DNA from: an uncultured Solirubrobacteraceae bacterium
Lineage (GTDB): Bacteria; Actinomycetota; Thermoleophilia; Solirubrobacterales; Solirubrobacteraceae
Reading direction: 5' to 3'
DNA: 64,000 bases
NCBI GenBank assembly: GCA_963734225.1
Contig: CAVTGI010000005.1
Location: 79,176-143,175, forward strand
Part shown: piece by piece, positions 25,618 to 33,608 of the stretch
How the letters are laid out: each line of letters begins with the position of its first letter
Numbering within the stretch: position 1 is the stretch's first letter
Position numbers and translations under genes: made by a program
The notes under the pieces: generated by a model
The model's database searches: none
Seen by the model: the letters and a program-made list of their open reading frames with translations, nothing else
Told to the model about the DNA's origin: nothing

Positions 25618-26447
25618 CTGGGCGTGGCCTGCGTAGCGGTGCCGTTATCCCACAGGCCCTCGACGAGGCCGCTCGCTTGGGCGCCCGCACGCACAGCCTG
25701 CGCATCCTCGCTGCAGACGAGCGCGATGACCCCGCCCGCTGGCATGTCGCGCCGCTCGATCGCCGCGGCAAGACGCTCGGCGGGCTGCATGTGAACACCG
25801 CCGCGCCCGAGCGACGGGTAGGTGTCGGCGACGCCGTACAGGCTGCCGCCCGGGCCCTGTATGCGACCGACCACGCAGGCAAAGTGCCCGACGTCCCAGT
25901 CGGGCTCCGGGCCGGCGTTCACCCCGTCAAGCAGGTAGCCGAGCAGTTGCCCCACGCTCACCTGCCCGCCCCACAGATAACGGGTGGCGAGGTTGGCGAT
26001 CAGCGTAACCGGACGCTCACGTGCGGCGGCGAGGTCGAACAGGCGCCCGAGCGTGGCGGGCGTCCACGGGCCGCTGAACGGGATTGCCGCGAGTTGCTCG
26101 CCGGCCAGCTCCTCCAGCGCGGTCACGAGCCCGGCGGCGGTCGTCCCGGAGGCGTCGGCGTCATCGATGGAGGGCAGCGACAGGCGGTAGTCGCGCCGGC
26201 CCGGTTCTCCGTGGGGCAGTACGCCCGGCTCACGCGCGCGCGAAACTACGCTCCCGGCGCGCAGCGCGACGGCGTCCTGGTCGATCGGTTCGTCGTCGTA
26301 TCGCTGGATGCCTGCGGCCTGCAGGGCTAGCGCGCCGCAGAACGCGCCGCACAGGTCGTCTCTTTGCGGCAATTCTTTAGCGTGAACTGCCAGCAGTGCC
26401 CGCGCGCCGGGCAGGAGAGCGAGATCGAGCGCGGTGGCCTTGGACAT
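25614..26447 (-). CDS. hypothetical protein with a possible papain-fold Cys-His-Asp triad (phytochelatin-synthase / C39-like)
   Basis: 277 aa. 'DDLCGAFCGALAL' (Cys33), 'DVGHFACVVG' (His188), 'YGVADTYP' (Asp208). The His-to-Asp spacing of about 20 residues resembles phytochelatin synthase. The functional call is tentative. Confidence 0.4.
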   Translation of the reverse strand: MSKATALDLALLPGARALLAVHAKELPQRDDLCGAFCGALALQAAGIQRYDDEPIDQDAVALRAGSVVSRAREPGVLPHGEPGRRDYRLSLPSIDDADASGTTAAGLVTALEELAGEQLAAIPFSGPWTPATLGRLFDLAAARERPVTLIANLATRYLWGGQVSVGQLLGYLLDGVNAGPEPDWDVGHFACVVGRIQGPGGSLYGVADTYPSLGRGGVHMQPAERLAAAIERRDMPAGGVIALVCSEDAQAVRAGAQASGLVEGLWDNGTATQATPR

Positions 26448-26586
26448 GCGGTCAATGTATACGCAGGGGCGTCGGGCGCGACCCGGTGCGCAGCGGCGCG
26501 GCGCGGCGCGACCGAAACCGCGTCGACTACCGGGAGTTGACGACTGGCCTTATGTATCAGGCTTCATGTAATACACGTATTTCCGC

Positions 26587-26615
26587 TTGACGGAAGAGTG
26601 TCTGTCTGTGATAGT
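26587..26615 (+). promoter_or_regulatory. candidate sigma-70-type promoter TTGACG-N17-GATAGT for the secreted-protein module
   Basis: TTGACG 26587-92, a 17-nt spacer, then GATAGT 26610-15. Located in the only AT-rich stretch of the divergent intergenic region, about 130 nt upstream of ATG 26750. Confidence 0.4.
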
Positions 26616-26749
26616 CCACCCGGGGCCACCGCAGCGAACTGCTGTCCGGAATCCTTCTAGACTATGGCGATGTTCGACCGGATCGTCACGATCAGCGGCC
26701 AGGAGCCGTGGGGTCGGTCATCACTCGACCAAGGGAGCAGCGAGAAACC

Positions 26750-27319
26750 ATGCAACGCATCGTGATGTTGGGGGTGGCCCTGGCGGCCGCGCTCTCGATC
26801 GCCGCCGTAGGCGCAGGGTCCGTCTCGGCCACGGGCCATGAATTCGTAGCCAGCAAGACGGGCAAAACCAAAGGCAAACAGACGGATGCAGCGGTGTTCA
26901 AAACAGGCGCGGGGACGCTTGAATGCAAGAACGTCTCTTCGACCGGCGAAATCACCGAACTGAAATCGGCGATCCACAAGGAAACCCTCACTTATACAGC
27001 TTGTGCTGCATTTGGCTACTCCAAAGTGAAAATCACGCCGGTGCACTTCGAATACAGCGCCAACGAATCGGCCCGACTGGAAACCGCGGTTACGATCACC
27101 CCGGAAGGCGCCGGCTGCCACATCACGATTCCCGCCCAGACGGTCTCGGGTATCTCCTATGAAAACAAACCCAGCAAAGAGATCACGGCGAACGCCAACG
27201 CCAGCGGCATCGTCTCCAAGGGCAGCGGCGAAGCCTGCGGCAGCGAAGAAAACAGCGAAGGCAGCTACACGGGCTCCATGACCGCCGAACTCGAAGGCGG
27301 CAGCGTCGAATGGAAATAG
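26750..27319 (+). CDS. small secreted Cys-containing hypothetical protein
   Basis: AGGGAG RBS. Signal peptide 'MQRIVMLGVALAAALSIAAVGAGSVSATG'. 189 aa, four Cys. Glu codons are 17 GAA to 1 GAG. Confidence 0.75.
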   Translation: MQRIVMLGVALAAALSIAAVGAGSVSATGHEFVASKTGKTKGKQTDAAVFKTGAGTLECKNVSSTGEITELKSAIHKETLTYTACAAFGYSKVKITPVHFEYSANESARLETAVTITPEGAGCHITIPAQTVSGISYENKPSKEITANANASGIVSKGSGEACGSEENSEGSYTGSMTAELEGGSVEWK

Positions 27320-27342
27320 GCGCAGTGCAGAGATAGACAGCA

Positions 27343-27371
27343 GACGGGAGTCGTCGTCGACGGCTCCCGTC
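27343..27371 (+). terminator. strong GC hairpin (possible attenuator or terminator) after the small secreted-protein gene
   Basis: GACGGGAG (27343-50) pairs with CTCCCGTC (27364-71), and an inner CGTCG/CGACG pairing is also possible. No clear T-tract follows. Confidence 0.4.
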
Positions 27372-27454
27372 CTATATGCGTGCGGCGAATGCGCGGCGCA
27401 ACGCGGCTAGGCTACGCGGGGGTCAAGGACGAGTCATCGCGAGAGGAGCGCGCA

Positions 27455-29848
27455 TTGGGCAGCAAGCCGCCCCGCGGCGGAGCAACGGGAAGCCGAACGC
27501 GAGCTGGGTGGTGCGCCTGGATCGCGCTGCTTGCGTGCGGGTGGCTCGGCTGGCCTGCGACGACGCCTGCAAGCGCTGCCGCGTGTCCCAACGCGGCACT
27601 GCGCTCTGGCGTCTCTGAGCATCTACCCGACTGTCGCGCATACGAGCAGGTCTCGCCTGTGGAAAAGGGCGGAGTGGACGCGGTCACGCTGCAACCCCTG
27701 TTTCCGGCGCAGAGCTCGGCGTGCGAACCCGGGGAAGCCTGCGCGATCGTGTATATGAACGTAGCCAGTGCGTTTGACGGTGCCCAAGGCAATGAGCTTC
27801 CCAACGCGTACATGGCCGCGCGCGGCGCTGGTGGCTGGCAGACGACGGCCCTGACGCCACCAACACTGCAGCCGCCGGCGAACGCCCAGCCGAAGGTGAG
27901 CTACGCCTTCTCGGCCGACCTCTCGCAGGCGGTGCTGCGCGTTCCGCTGCAGCGCCTGACCCAGAACGCACCCACGGGCGTGGACAACCTCTACCTCCGC
28001 GAAGCGGACGGTGCGTACTCGCTGGTGACCGCCCTGCCGCCCACCGAACCGCCGCCTACTGGCTGCGGTTCGTGCTTCGCGACGGAAGACGTACCAGCGT
28101 TTGCGGGCGCCTCGAGCGACTTTCGCCACGTCATCTTCGAGACGAACGACAGTCTGCTGGCCGGAGCGCCGGGTGGCGGCATGGACAACCTGTACGAAGC
28201 CGCCGGCGAACAGGTGCGGCTCGTCGGGATCCTTCCGGACGAACGCGTGGCGTCGGAAGGCTCGACAGCGGCGGCGGGCATCGATCCGATCGAAGGCACG
28301 GCGGGTGAGCTCCACCACGCGATCTCCCAGGATGGATCGCGCATCCTCTTCGAGGCCAAGGCAGACGGAGGCGAACCAGACACGCAACAGGAAGGCAAGC
28401 AGGAGCTCTACGATCGCCTCGAAGGCTCCTCGACGATCGAGGTCTCGGCACCGGCGCCGGGGGCAGAGCCCGCGCACTGCGAAACCAGGGAACGCGTGTG
28501 CGCCGCAGAGCGCGCACAGTTCTGGGGAGCGTCGGCGGATGGATCGGTCGTCTTCTTCACCAGTAGGGCAGCATTGACCAAGGAGTCCTTCACGGGCAAG
28601 GAAGCGGCGATATCGCAGCTCGAAGAAGAAGAAGAAAAGCGCGAAGAAGTCGAAGAAGAAAGAGGCGAAAAAGAACAGGGGACCACCACACACCGCAGGC
28701 AGCCCGGCGACGATCTGTACGTGTACGACGTCGACACACGTACCCTCGCCGATCTCACAGCAGACCCGGAAAACGGCGAAGATCCCGATGGAGCGGATGT
28801 CCTCGGCGTGGTCGGAAGCTCTGAAGATGGCTCCTACGTGTACTTCGTCGCCGAGGGCCATCTGGCGGTGGGTGCGCGCAGCGGCGAGCCCAACCTCTAC
28901 GTGTGGCATGGAACAGCGGAAGGGGCGGGGACAACGAGCTTCATCGCGGCCCTCCAGGCGGGAAAAGGAGAAAGCGGCGACGCGATGGATTGGAGTGAGG
29001 ACCCGAGAGACTCGCAGGCGTACGTGACGCCGGACGGAAGGCATCTGGCGTTCATGTCGGTCAAGCCGCTGGCCGGCTACGACAACGAAGACCAAGCGGC
29101 GGGCGAACGCGGCCACGAAACCTTCGACCATGAGGTGTTCGAGTACAGCGCAGAAACGGGGCAGCTGGTCTGCGCGTCGTGTGACCCCAGCGGCGCGCGT
29201 CCGGTGGGAAGCGCGTTCATCGGCGCCAAGCTGACCGAACGCGTCAGCACACCCTTTCATCAGCCGCGCACGCTGAGCGACGACGGCAGTCGCCTGTTCT
29301 TCTCTTCGCCCGACTCGCTCGTCCCCGGACTGGCTGGCGGCAGCGTGAAGGTCTTCGAGTACGAGGACGGCTCGCCCCAGATCATCTCCGGCACGGGCAG
29401 CAATGGCAACGATGTCTTCCTCGACGCCAGCGCGAGCGGCAACGACGTCTTCTTTGCCACCCGCGAACAGCTTGTCCCGGATGACGATGATGAACTGGTC
29501 GACGTGTACGACGCGCGAGTGGACGGTGGCCTGCCTGCGCCACCCGCCTTGACGCCACCATGCGAGGATGGGGCATGTCAGGGCGAATCCGGTCCTCCGC
29601 CGTTCCTGTCCTCGTCGCCGATCTCGGCCACCTTCGCCGGGGCAGGGAATCTTGTGCCGCCAAACGCAAAGCCAAGGCTGACCGACAAGCAGCAGCTTGC
29701 GCGAGCGCTGGCCAAATGCCGGAGGCTCAAAGTCCGCAAGCGACGCGCAACGTGCGTCGCCTACGCTAGGCGGTACTACGACCAGAGCGCCACGAAAGGC
29801 GGTCGCGCCCGCTCCCACAGGCGCCGCCACGCAGCAAGGCGACGCTGA
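27455..29848 (+). CDS. secreted 7-bladed PD40/TolB-like beta-propeller protein with a poly-Glu insert and basic C-terminal tail
   Basis: GAGAGGAG RBS lies 6 nt before TTG 27455 (the track ORF starts at GTG 27380). Signal 'WCAWIALLACGWLGWPATTPASAAA'. Blades: 'SSDFRHVIFET','SQDGSRILFEA','SADGSVVFFTS','SEDGSYVYFVA','TPDGRHLAFMS','SDDGSRLFFSS','SASGNDVFFAT'. Confidence 0.75.
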   Translation: MGSKPPRGGATGSRTRAGWCAWIALLACGWLGWPATTPASAAACPNAALRSGVSEHLPDCRAYEQVSPVEKGGVDAVTLQPLFPAQSSACEPGEACAIVYMNVASAFDGAQGNELPNAYMAARGAGGWQTTALTPPTLQPPANAQPKVSYAFSADLSQAVLRVPLQRLTQNAPTGVDNLYLREADGAYSLVTALPPTEPPPTGCGSCFATEDVPAFAGASSDFRHVIFETNDSLLAGAPGGGMDNLYEAAGEQVRLVGILPDERVASEGSTAAAGIDPIEGTAGELHHAISQDGSRILFEAKADGGEPDTQQEGKQELYDRLEGSSTIEVSAPAPGAEPAHCETRERVCAAERAQFWGASADGSVVFFTSRAALTKESFTGKEAAISQLEEEEEKREEVEEERGEKEQGTTTHRRQPGDDLYVYDVDTRTLADLTADPENGEDPDGADVLGVVGSSEDGSYVYFVAEGHLAVGARSGEPNLYVWHGTAEGAGTTSFIAALQAGKGESGDAMDWSEDPRDSQAYVTPDGRHLAFMSVKPLAGYDNEDQAAGERGHETFDHEVFEYSAETGQLVCASCDPSGARPVGSAFIGAKLTERVSTPFHQPRTLSDDGSRLFFSSPDSLVPGLAGGSVKVFEYEDGSPQIISGTGSNGNDVFLDASASGNDVFFATREQLVPDDDDELVDVYDARVDGGLPAPPALTPPCEDGACQGESGPPPFLSSSPISATFAGAGNLVPPNAKPRLTDKQQLARALAKCRRLKVRKRRATCVAYARRYYDQSATKGGRARSHRRRHAARRR
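28622..28677 (+). repeat. purine-rich GAA/AAA low-complexity tract encoding 'EEEEEKREEVEEERGEKEQ'
   Basis: Sequence gaagaagaagaagaaaagcgcgaagaagtcgaagaagaaagaggcgaaaaagaacag, inside the propeller gene. Confidence 0.95.
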
Positions 29849-32800
29849 TGAGGTTTCACGCAGACGTGGGCGCCCGCCCTGCCATCGTCGCGGTGGCGAG
29901 GCTCACGTGGCTTGTTCTGCTCGTGCTCGTGCTCGGCTTGGCACTAGCGGTTCACGCCGCAGCGGCGCCGGCGCTCCCCCATTGGAGCATCCTCTCGCAA
30001 TCGGAGCCCTCGCACTTCAAAGCGGGCGACGTGACTGACGCGTACAGGTTGATCGTGCGCAACGACGGTGCAGTGCATACAGCCGAAATGAACAAGGTGA
30101 CCGTCGACGACGTGCTGCCCGCCGGAGTGAACGCCACTGACGTAGAAGCCCGTGCAGAAGGGGCGAACGGGACCGGGTCGCCACGACACGAGCTGGCCTG
30201 CGCGATTGAAACTGTGACATGCACGTACGAAGAAAGTGCGTTGCACAGCCAAGGCCCACTGCCGCCTGGGACGACGATCGTGATGACGATAACGGTCTCG
30301 GTCGCCGCTGACGTACAAGGTCCGAGGCTCAAGAGCGTCGCAAGCGTGTCCGGAGGTGGCGCTCCCAGCGCGTCCGTCGCGGAATTGACCACTGTCAGTC
30401 CGGAACCTGTCCCTTTCGGACTCTCCTACCTCGCCACCGAAGCTACCCAGGAAAGCGGCGAAGGCGATACGCAGGCTGGCTCGCACCCGTTCGAGCTCAC
30501 GGCGAGCCTGGGCTTCAACATCAGCTTTCGTGAAGTTGCCTCCGAACAGAACGGTGGAAGAGAATCGCCGCTCTCGAGCACCTCCCCCAAGGATCTGGAA
30601 GTGGAGCTCCCGCCGGGGCTTGTCGGTAACCCGAGTGCTGTTCCGCGCTGCAGTCAGCAGGAATTCCAGGCCCAGGAACGGCTCGACTGCCCGGTGGACA
30701 CGCAGGTCGGCACGCTGACGGCGTACTTCTACGGCACATTTCCCTCGGCGGTGTTCCCCGTCTATGACATCGTCCCGCCGCCGGGGCAGCCGGTAGAGCT
30801 CGGCTTCACAATCGCGGCGATAGGACACGTCCCGCTGTTCTTTCAGGTGCGCGACAACGGCGGCAAGGGCGACGAATACTCCCTGGTTGCCCGACTGAAC
30901 AACATTCCCGAGACGGGACCCCTCCAGGGCGCGATACTGACCCTCTGGGGTGTTCCGGCCGATGGCACCCATGACCTCGAACGAGAAGGAACCACCGGCC
31001 AGGGAAGGCAGCAGCCGCAAGAATTCTGCAAGCCGAAAGTCGAATTCAAGTCGGGCAAAGAAGAACAGGTCCTCTGCCCCAGCGGCGTGGCTGCCAAGCC
31101 ATTCCTGGCCTTGCCAAGCAGCTGCTCGGGCGAAACGCTCGGCATAGGCGTGTTCACCGACTCCTGGCAGGGCCAGTCCGAAGACTTCCCTGAAGCGGGC
31201 CAGACGCCACCGACGCTCGGCCCGCTGACCGGCTGCGAACATCTCTCCTTCAGCCCTTTACTAACGGTCCAGCCGGAAACCCCCCAAGCGGGCGCGCCGA
31301 GCGGCTACACGGTGCAGTTGCACATCCCCCAGAACGAAGACCCGACGGGCCTGGCTACCCCCGACCTGAAGGACGCGGTGGTGACGCTGCCGCCGGGCAC
31401 GGTGGTGTCGCCGTCGGCGGGCAACGGCCTGCAGGGCTGCAGCGAAGAACAGTTCGAAGTACACCGGCTCGCAACGGCGTCGTGCCCGGCGGCGTCGACG
31501 ATCGGCACGGTGCAGATCGTCACCCCGCTGCTGACCACGCCGCTGGAAGGCCAGGTGTTCCTGGGCAGGCCGGCGTGCGAACCGTGCTCGACGTCGGACG
31601 CGCAGGAAGGCAAGCTGGTCCGCCTGCTTGTGCAGGCGCAGGGCTCCGGTGTGACGGTCAAGCTGGTCGGCTCGGTGGCAATCGACCAGGTCTCCGGCGA
31701 CCTGACGGCGACGTTCGCGAACGATCCGCAGTTGCCGCTGGAAGATCTGAAGCTGACGCTGGACGGCGGGCCGGGCGCGCCGCTGGCCAACGCGTCGACG
31801 TGCGGCGTGGCGCTGGCAGCGTCGTCGCAGCTGACGCCCTACAGCAGCGAAACGCCGGTGCAGCAGCCGAGCGAACCCTTCGAGCTGACCGGCTGCACAC
31901 CGCCGCAGTTTCACCCGTCGTTCGTGGCGGGCACGACCAACAATCAGGCGGGCGCGTTCAGTCCGACGACGGTGACGGTGTCGCGCACCGACTCCGACGA
32001 GGACCTGCAGCGCATCGCTGTGCGCCTGCCGCAGGGCCTGTGGGCGACGGTCTCTCGGGTGCAGCGCTGCGCCGAAGCGCAGGCGCAGGCGGCGGCGTGC
32101 GCCCCGCAGAGCCGAGTGGGCAGCGTGAGCGTGCTGGCGGGTCCGGGCGCTGACCCGCTGTTGTTGAACGGGAGCGTGTACCTGACGGGGCCGTACGAGG
32201 GCGCGCCGTTCGGCCTGGCGATCGTGGTGCCGGCTGTGGCTGGGCCGCTGAATCTTGGCACGATCGCCGTGAGGGCGGCGCTCGAGGTGGACCCGACGAC
32301 GGGGTCGCTGACGATCGCCAGCGACCCGCTGCCTCAGAGCATCGACGGCGTGCCTCTGCAGATCAAGACGGTGAGCGTGGAGATCGAACGTGAAGGCTTC
32401 ACGTTCAACCCGACCGACTGCAACCGCCTGGCGATCGAAGGAACGCTCACGAGCGCGCAGGGCGCGGCGGCGGTGGTGTCATCGCCCTTCCAGGCGGCCA
32501 ACTGCGCGACGCTGGCGTTTAAGCCGAAGCTGACCGCGCTCACGCACGCACGACCCTCGAAAGCGGATGGCGCCTACCTGCACGTAAAGGTCGTGTCTGG
32601 CTCGGGCCAGGCAAACATCGCAAAGCTCAAGGTCGACCTGCCCAAGCAGTTGCCGTCGAGGCTGCAAACGCTTCACAAAGCCTGCCCGGCGGGCGTCTTT
32701 GAAGCGAACCCGGCGACCTGCCCGCGAGCGTCGGTGGTGGGCGCGGCGACGGTGGTGACGCCCGTGTTGAACAACCCGCTGTCGGGGCCCGCGTACCTGG

Positions 32801-33159
32801 TGTCGCACGGCGGCGAGGCGTTCCCCGACCTCGAGATCGTCCTCCAGGGCGAAGGCGTGGTCCTGCGCCTGGACGGACAGACGAGCATCAAGCGGGGCAT
32901 CACGTCGAGCACTTTCAAAGCGCTGCCGGACGCGCCGATCTCGACGTTCGACCTGGTGCTGGCGTCCGGGCCCCACTCGGCCCTTGGGTCGGACCTGCCG
33001 GCCAAGGCCAAGGGGAGCATGTGCGACCAGAAGCTTGCGATGCCGGTGGCGATCACCGGCCAGAACGGCGCGGTGGTCAAAGCCACGACGACGATTGCCG
33101 TGTCGGGTTGCCCGCGCCACCGGCGCGGGCGTCAGGCCTCGGTCACGCGTGGCGCGTAG
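29848..33159 (+). CDS. large secreted/anchored hypothetical protein with four internally repeated Cys-paired modules
   Basis: ATG overlaps the upstream stop (TGATG). N-terminal TM/signal 'LTWLVLLVLVLGLALAVHAAAA'. The motif 'LP.G......C....F...C(P)...VG' recurs at nt 30607, 31387, 32026 and 32638. Confidence 0.8.
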   Translation: MRFHADVGARPAIVAVARLTWLVLLVLVLGLALAVHAAAAPALPHWSILSQSEPSHFKAGDVTDAYRLIVRNDGAVHTAEMNKVTVDDVLPAGVNATDVEARAEGANGTGSPRHELACAIETVTCTYEESALHSQGPLPPGTTIVMTITVSVAADVQGPRLKSVASVSGGGAPSASVAELTTVSPEPVPFGLSYLATEATQESGEGDTQAGSHPFELTASLGFNISFREVASEQNGGRESPLSSTSPKDLEVELPPGLVGNPSAVPRCSQQEFQAQERLDCPVDTQVGTLTAYFYGTFPSAVFPVYDIVPPPGQPVELGFTIAAIGHVPLFFQVRDNGGKGDEYSLVARLNNIPETGPLQGAILTLWGVPADGTHDLEREGTTGQGRQQPQEFCKPKVEFKSGKEEQVLCPSGVAAKPFLALPSSCSGETLGIGVFTDSWQGQSEDFPEAGQTPPTLGPLTGCEHLSFSPLLTVQPETPQAGAPSGYTVQLHIPQNEDPTGLATPDLKDAVVTLPPGTVVSPSAGNGLQGCSEEQFEVHRLATASCPAASTIGTVQIVTPLLTTPLEGQVFLGRPACEPCSTSDAQEGKLVRLLVQAQGSGVTVKLVGSVAIDQVSGDLTATFANDPQLPLEDLKLTLDGGPGAPLANASTCGVALAASSQLTPYSSETPVQQPSEPFELTGCTPPQFHPSFVAGTTNNQAGAFSPTTVTVSRTDSDEDLQRIAVRLPQGLWATVSRVQRCAEAQAQAAACAPQSRVGSVSVLAGPGADPLLLNGSVYLTGPYEGAPFGLAIVVPAVAGPLNLGTIAVRAALEVDPTTGSLTIASDPLPQSIDGVPLQIKTVSVEIEREGFTFNPTDCNRLAIEGTLTSAQGAAAVVSSPFQAANCATLAFKPKLTALTHARPSKADGAYLHVKVVSGSGQANIAKLKVDLPKQLPSRLQTLHKACPAGVFEANPATCPRASVVGAATVVTPVLNNPLSGPAYLVSHGGEAFPDLEIVLQGEGVVLRLDGQTSIKRGITSSTFKALPDAPISTFDLVLASGPHSALGSDLPAKAKGSMCDQKLAMPVAITGQNGAVVKATTTIAVSGCPRHRRGRQASVTRGA

Positions 33160-33521
33160 CGGTGATGCAGCATCAGCGCGTTGCCGTCGGGGTCGGCGAA
33201 GAAGGCCATGTGGCAGACGCCTGTGTCGAGGATGTCGCCGTTGAACGTGACGCCGCGCTGTTCGAGCGTGGCGCGTGCTGCGGCAACGTCGTCAACGTGT
33301 AGGGCAACGTGGTTCGGGTTGATGTGGTGCTCGAGGCCCATCTTCTCGGCGTTGTAGACGCTAAGCGTCAAGTTCCCGGTCTCGAACTCCGAGTAGTTGC
33401 GCTCGGGCAGGTATACGGAGCGCGCCAGCCCGAGCGTGTCGCCGTAAAACTCGGCGGCGGCCTCGACGTCTTTGGTGGGCATGCCGACGAAGTCGACGCC
33501 GGTGATCAGCTGATCGCTCAC
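33132..33521 (-). CDS. VOC/glyoxalase-family protein
   Basis: GTG 33521. 129 aa. 'VDFVGMPTKDVEAAAEFYGDTLGL', 'HVALHVDDV', 'CHMAFFADPDGNALMLH'. Confidence 0.8.
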   Translation of the reverse strand: MSDQLITGVDFVGMPTKDVEAAAEFYGDTLGLARSVYLPERNYSEFETGNLTLSVYNAEKMGLEHHINPNHVALHVDDVAAARATLEQRGVTFNGDILDTGVCHMAFFADPDGNALMLHHRYAPRVTEA

Positions 33522-33608
33522 AACTGGTTCATACCACGTAGGCTTGTGGCTGGGCGCCGTGGCATGGCGGCGGCCGGCGCGTGTGCAACGAGGAGAGAGG
33601 ACGCGAAC

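Noticed and set aside
27623-29830. 735-aa minus-strand ORF antisense to the propeller gene; likewise 29944..31242 and 31261..31914.
   Set aside because: No protein-like motifs and Arg-rich. The plus-strand frame carries repeated blade motifs, a signal peptide and an RBS.
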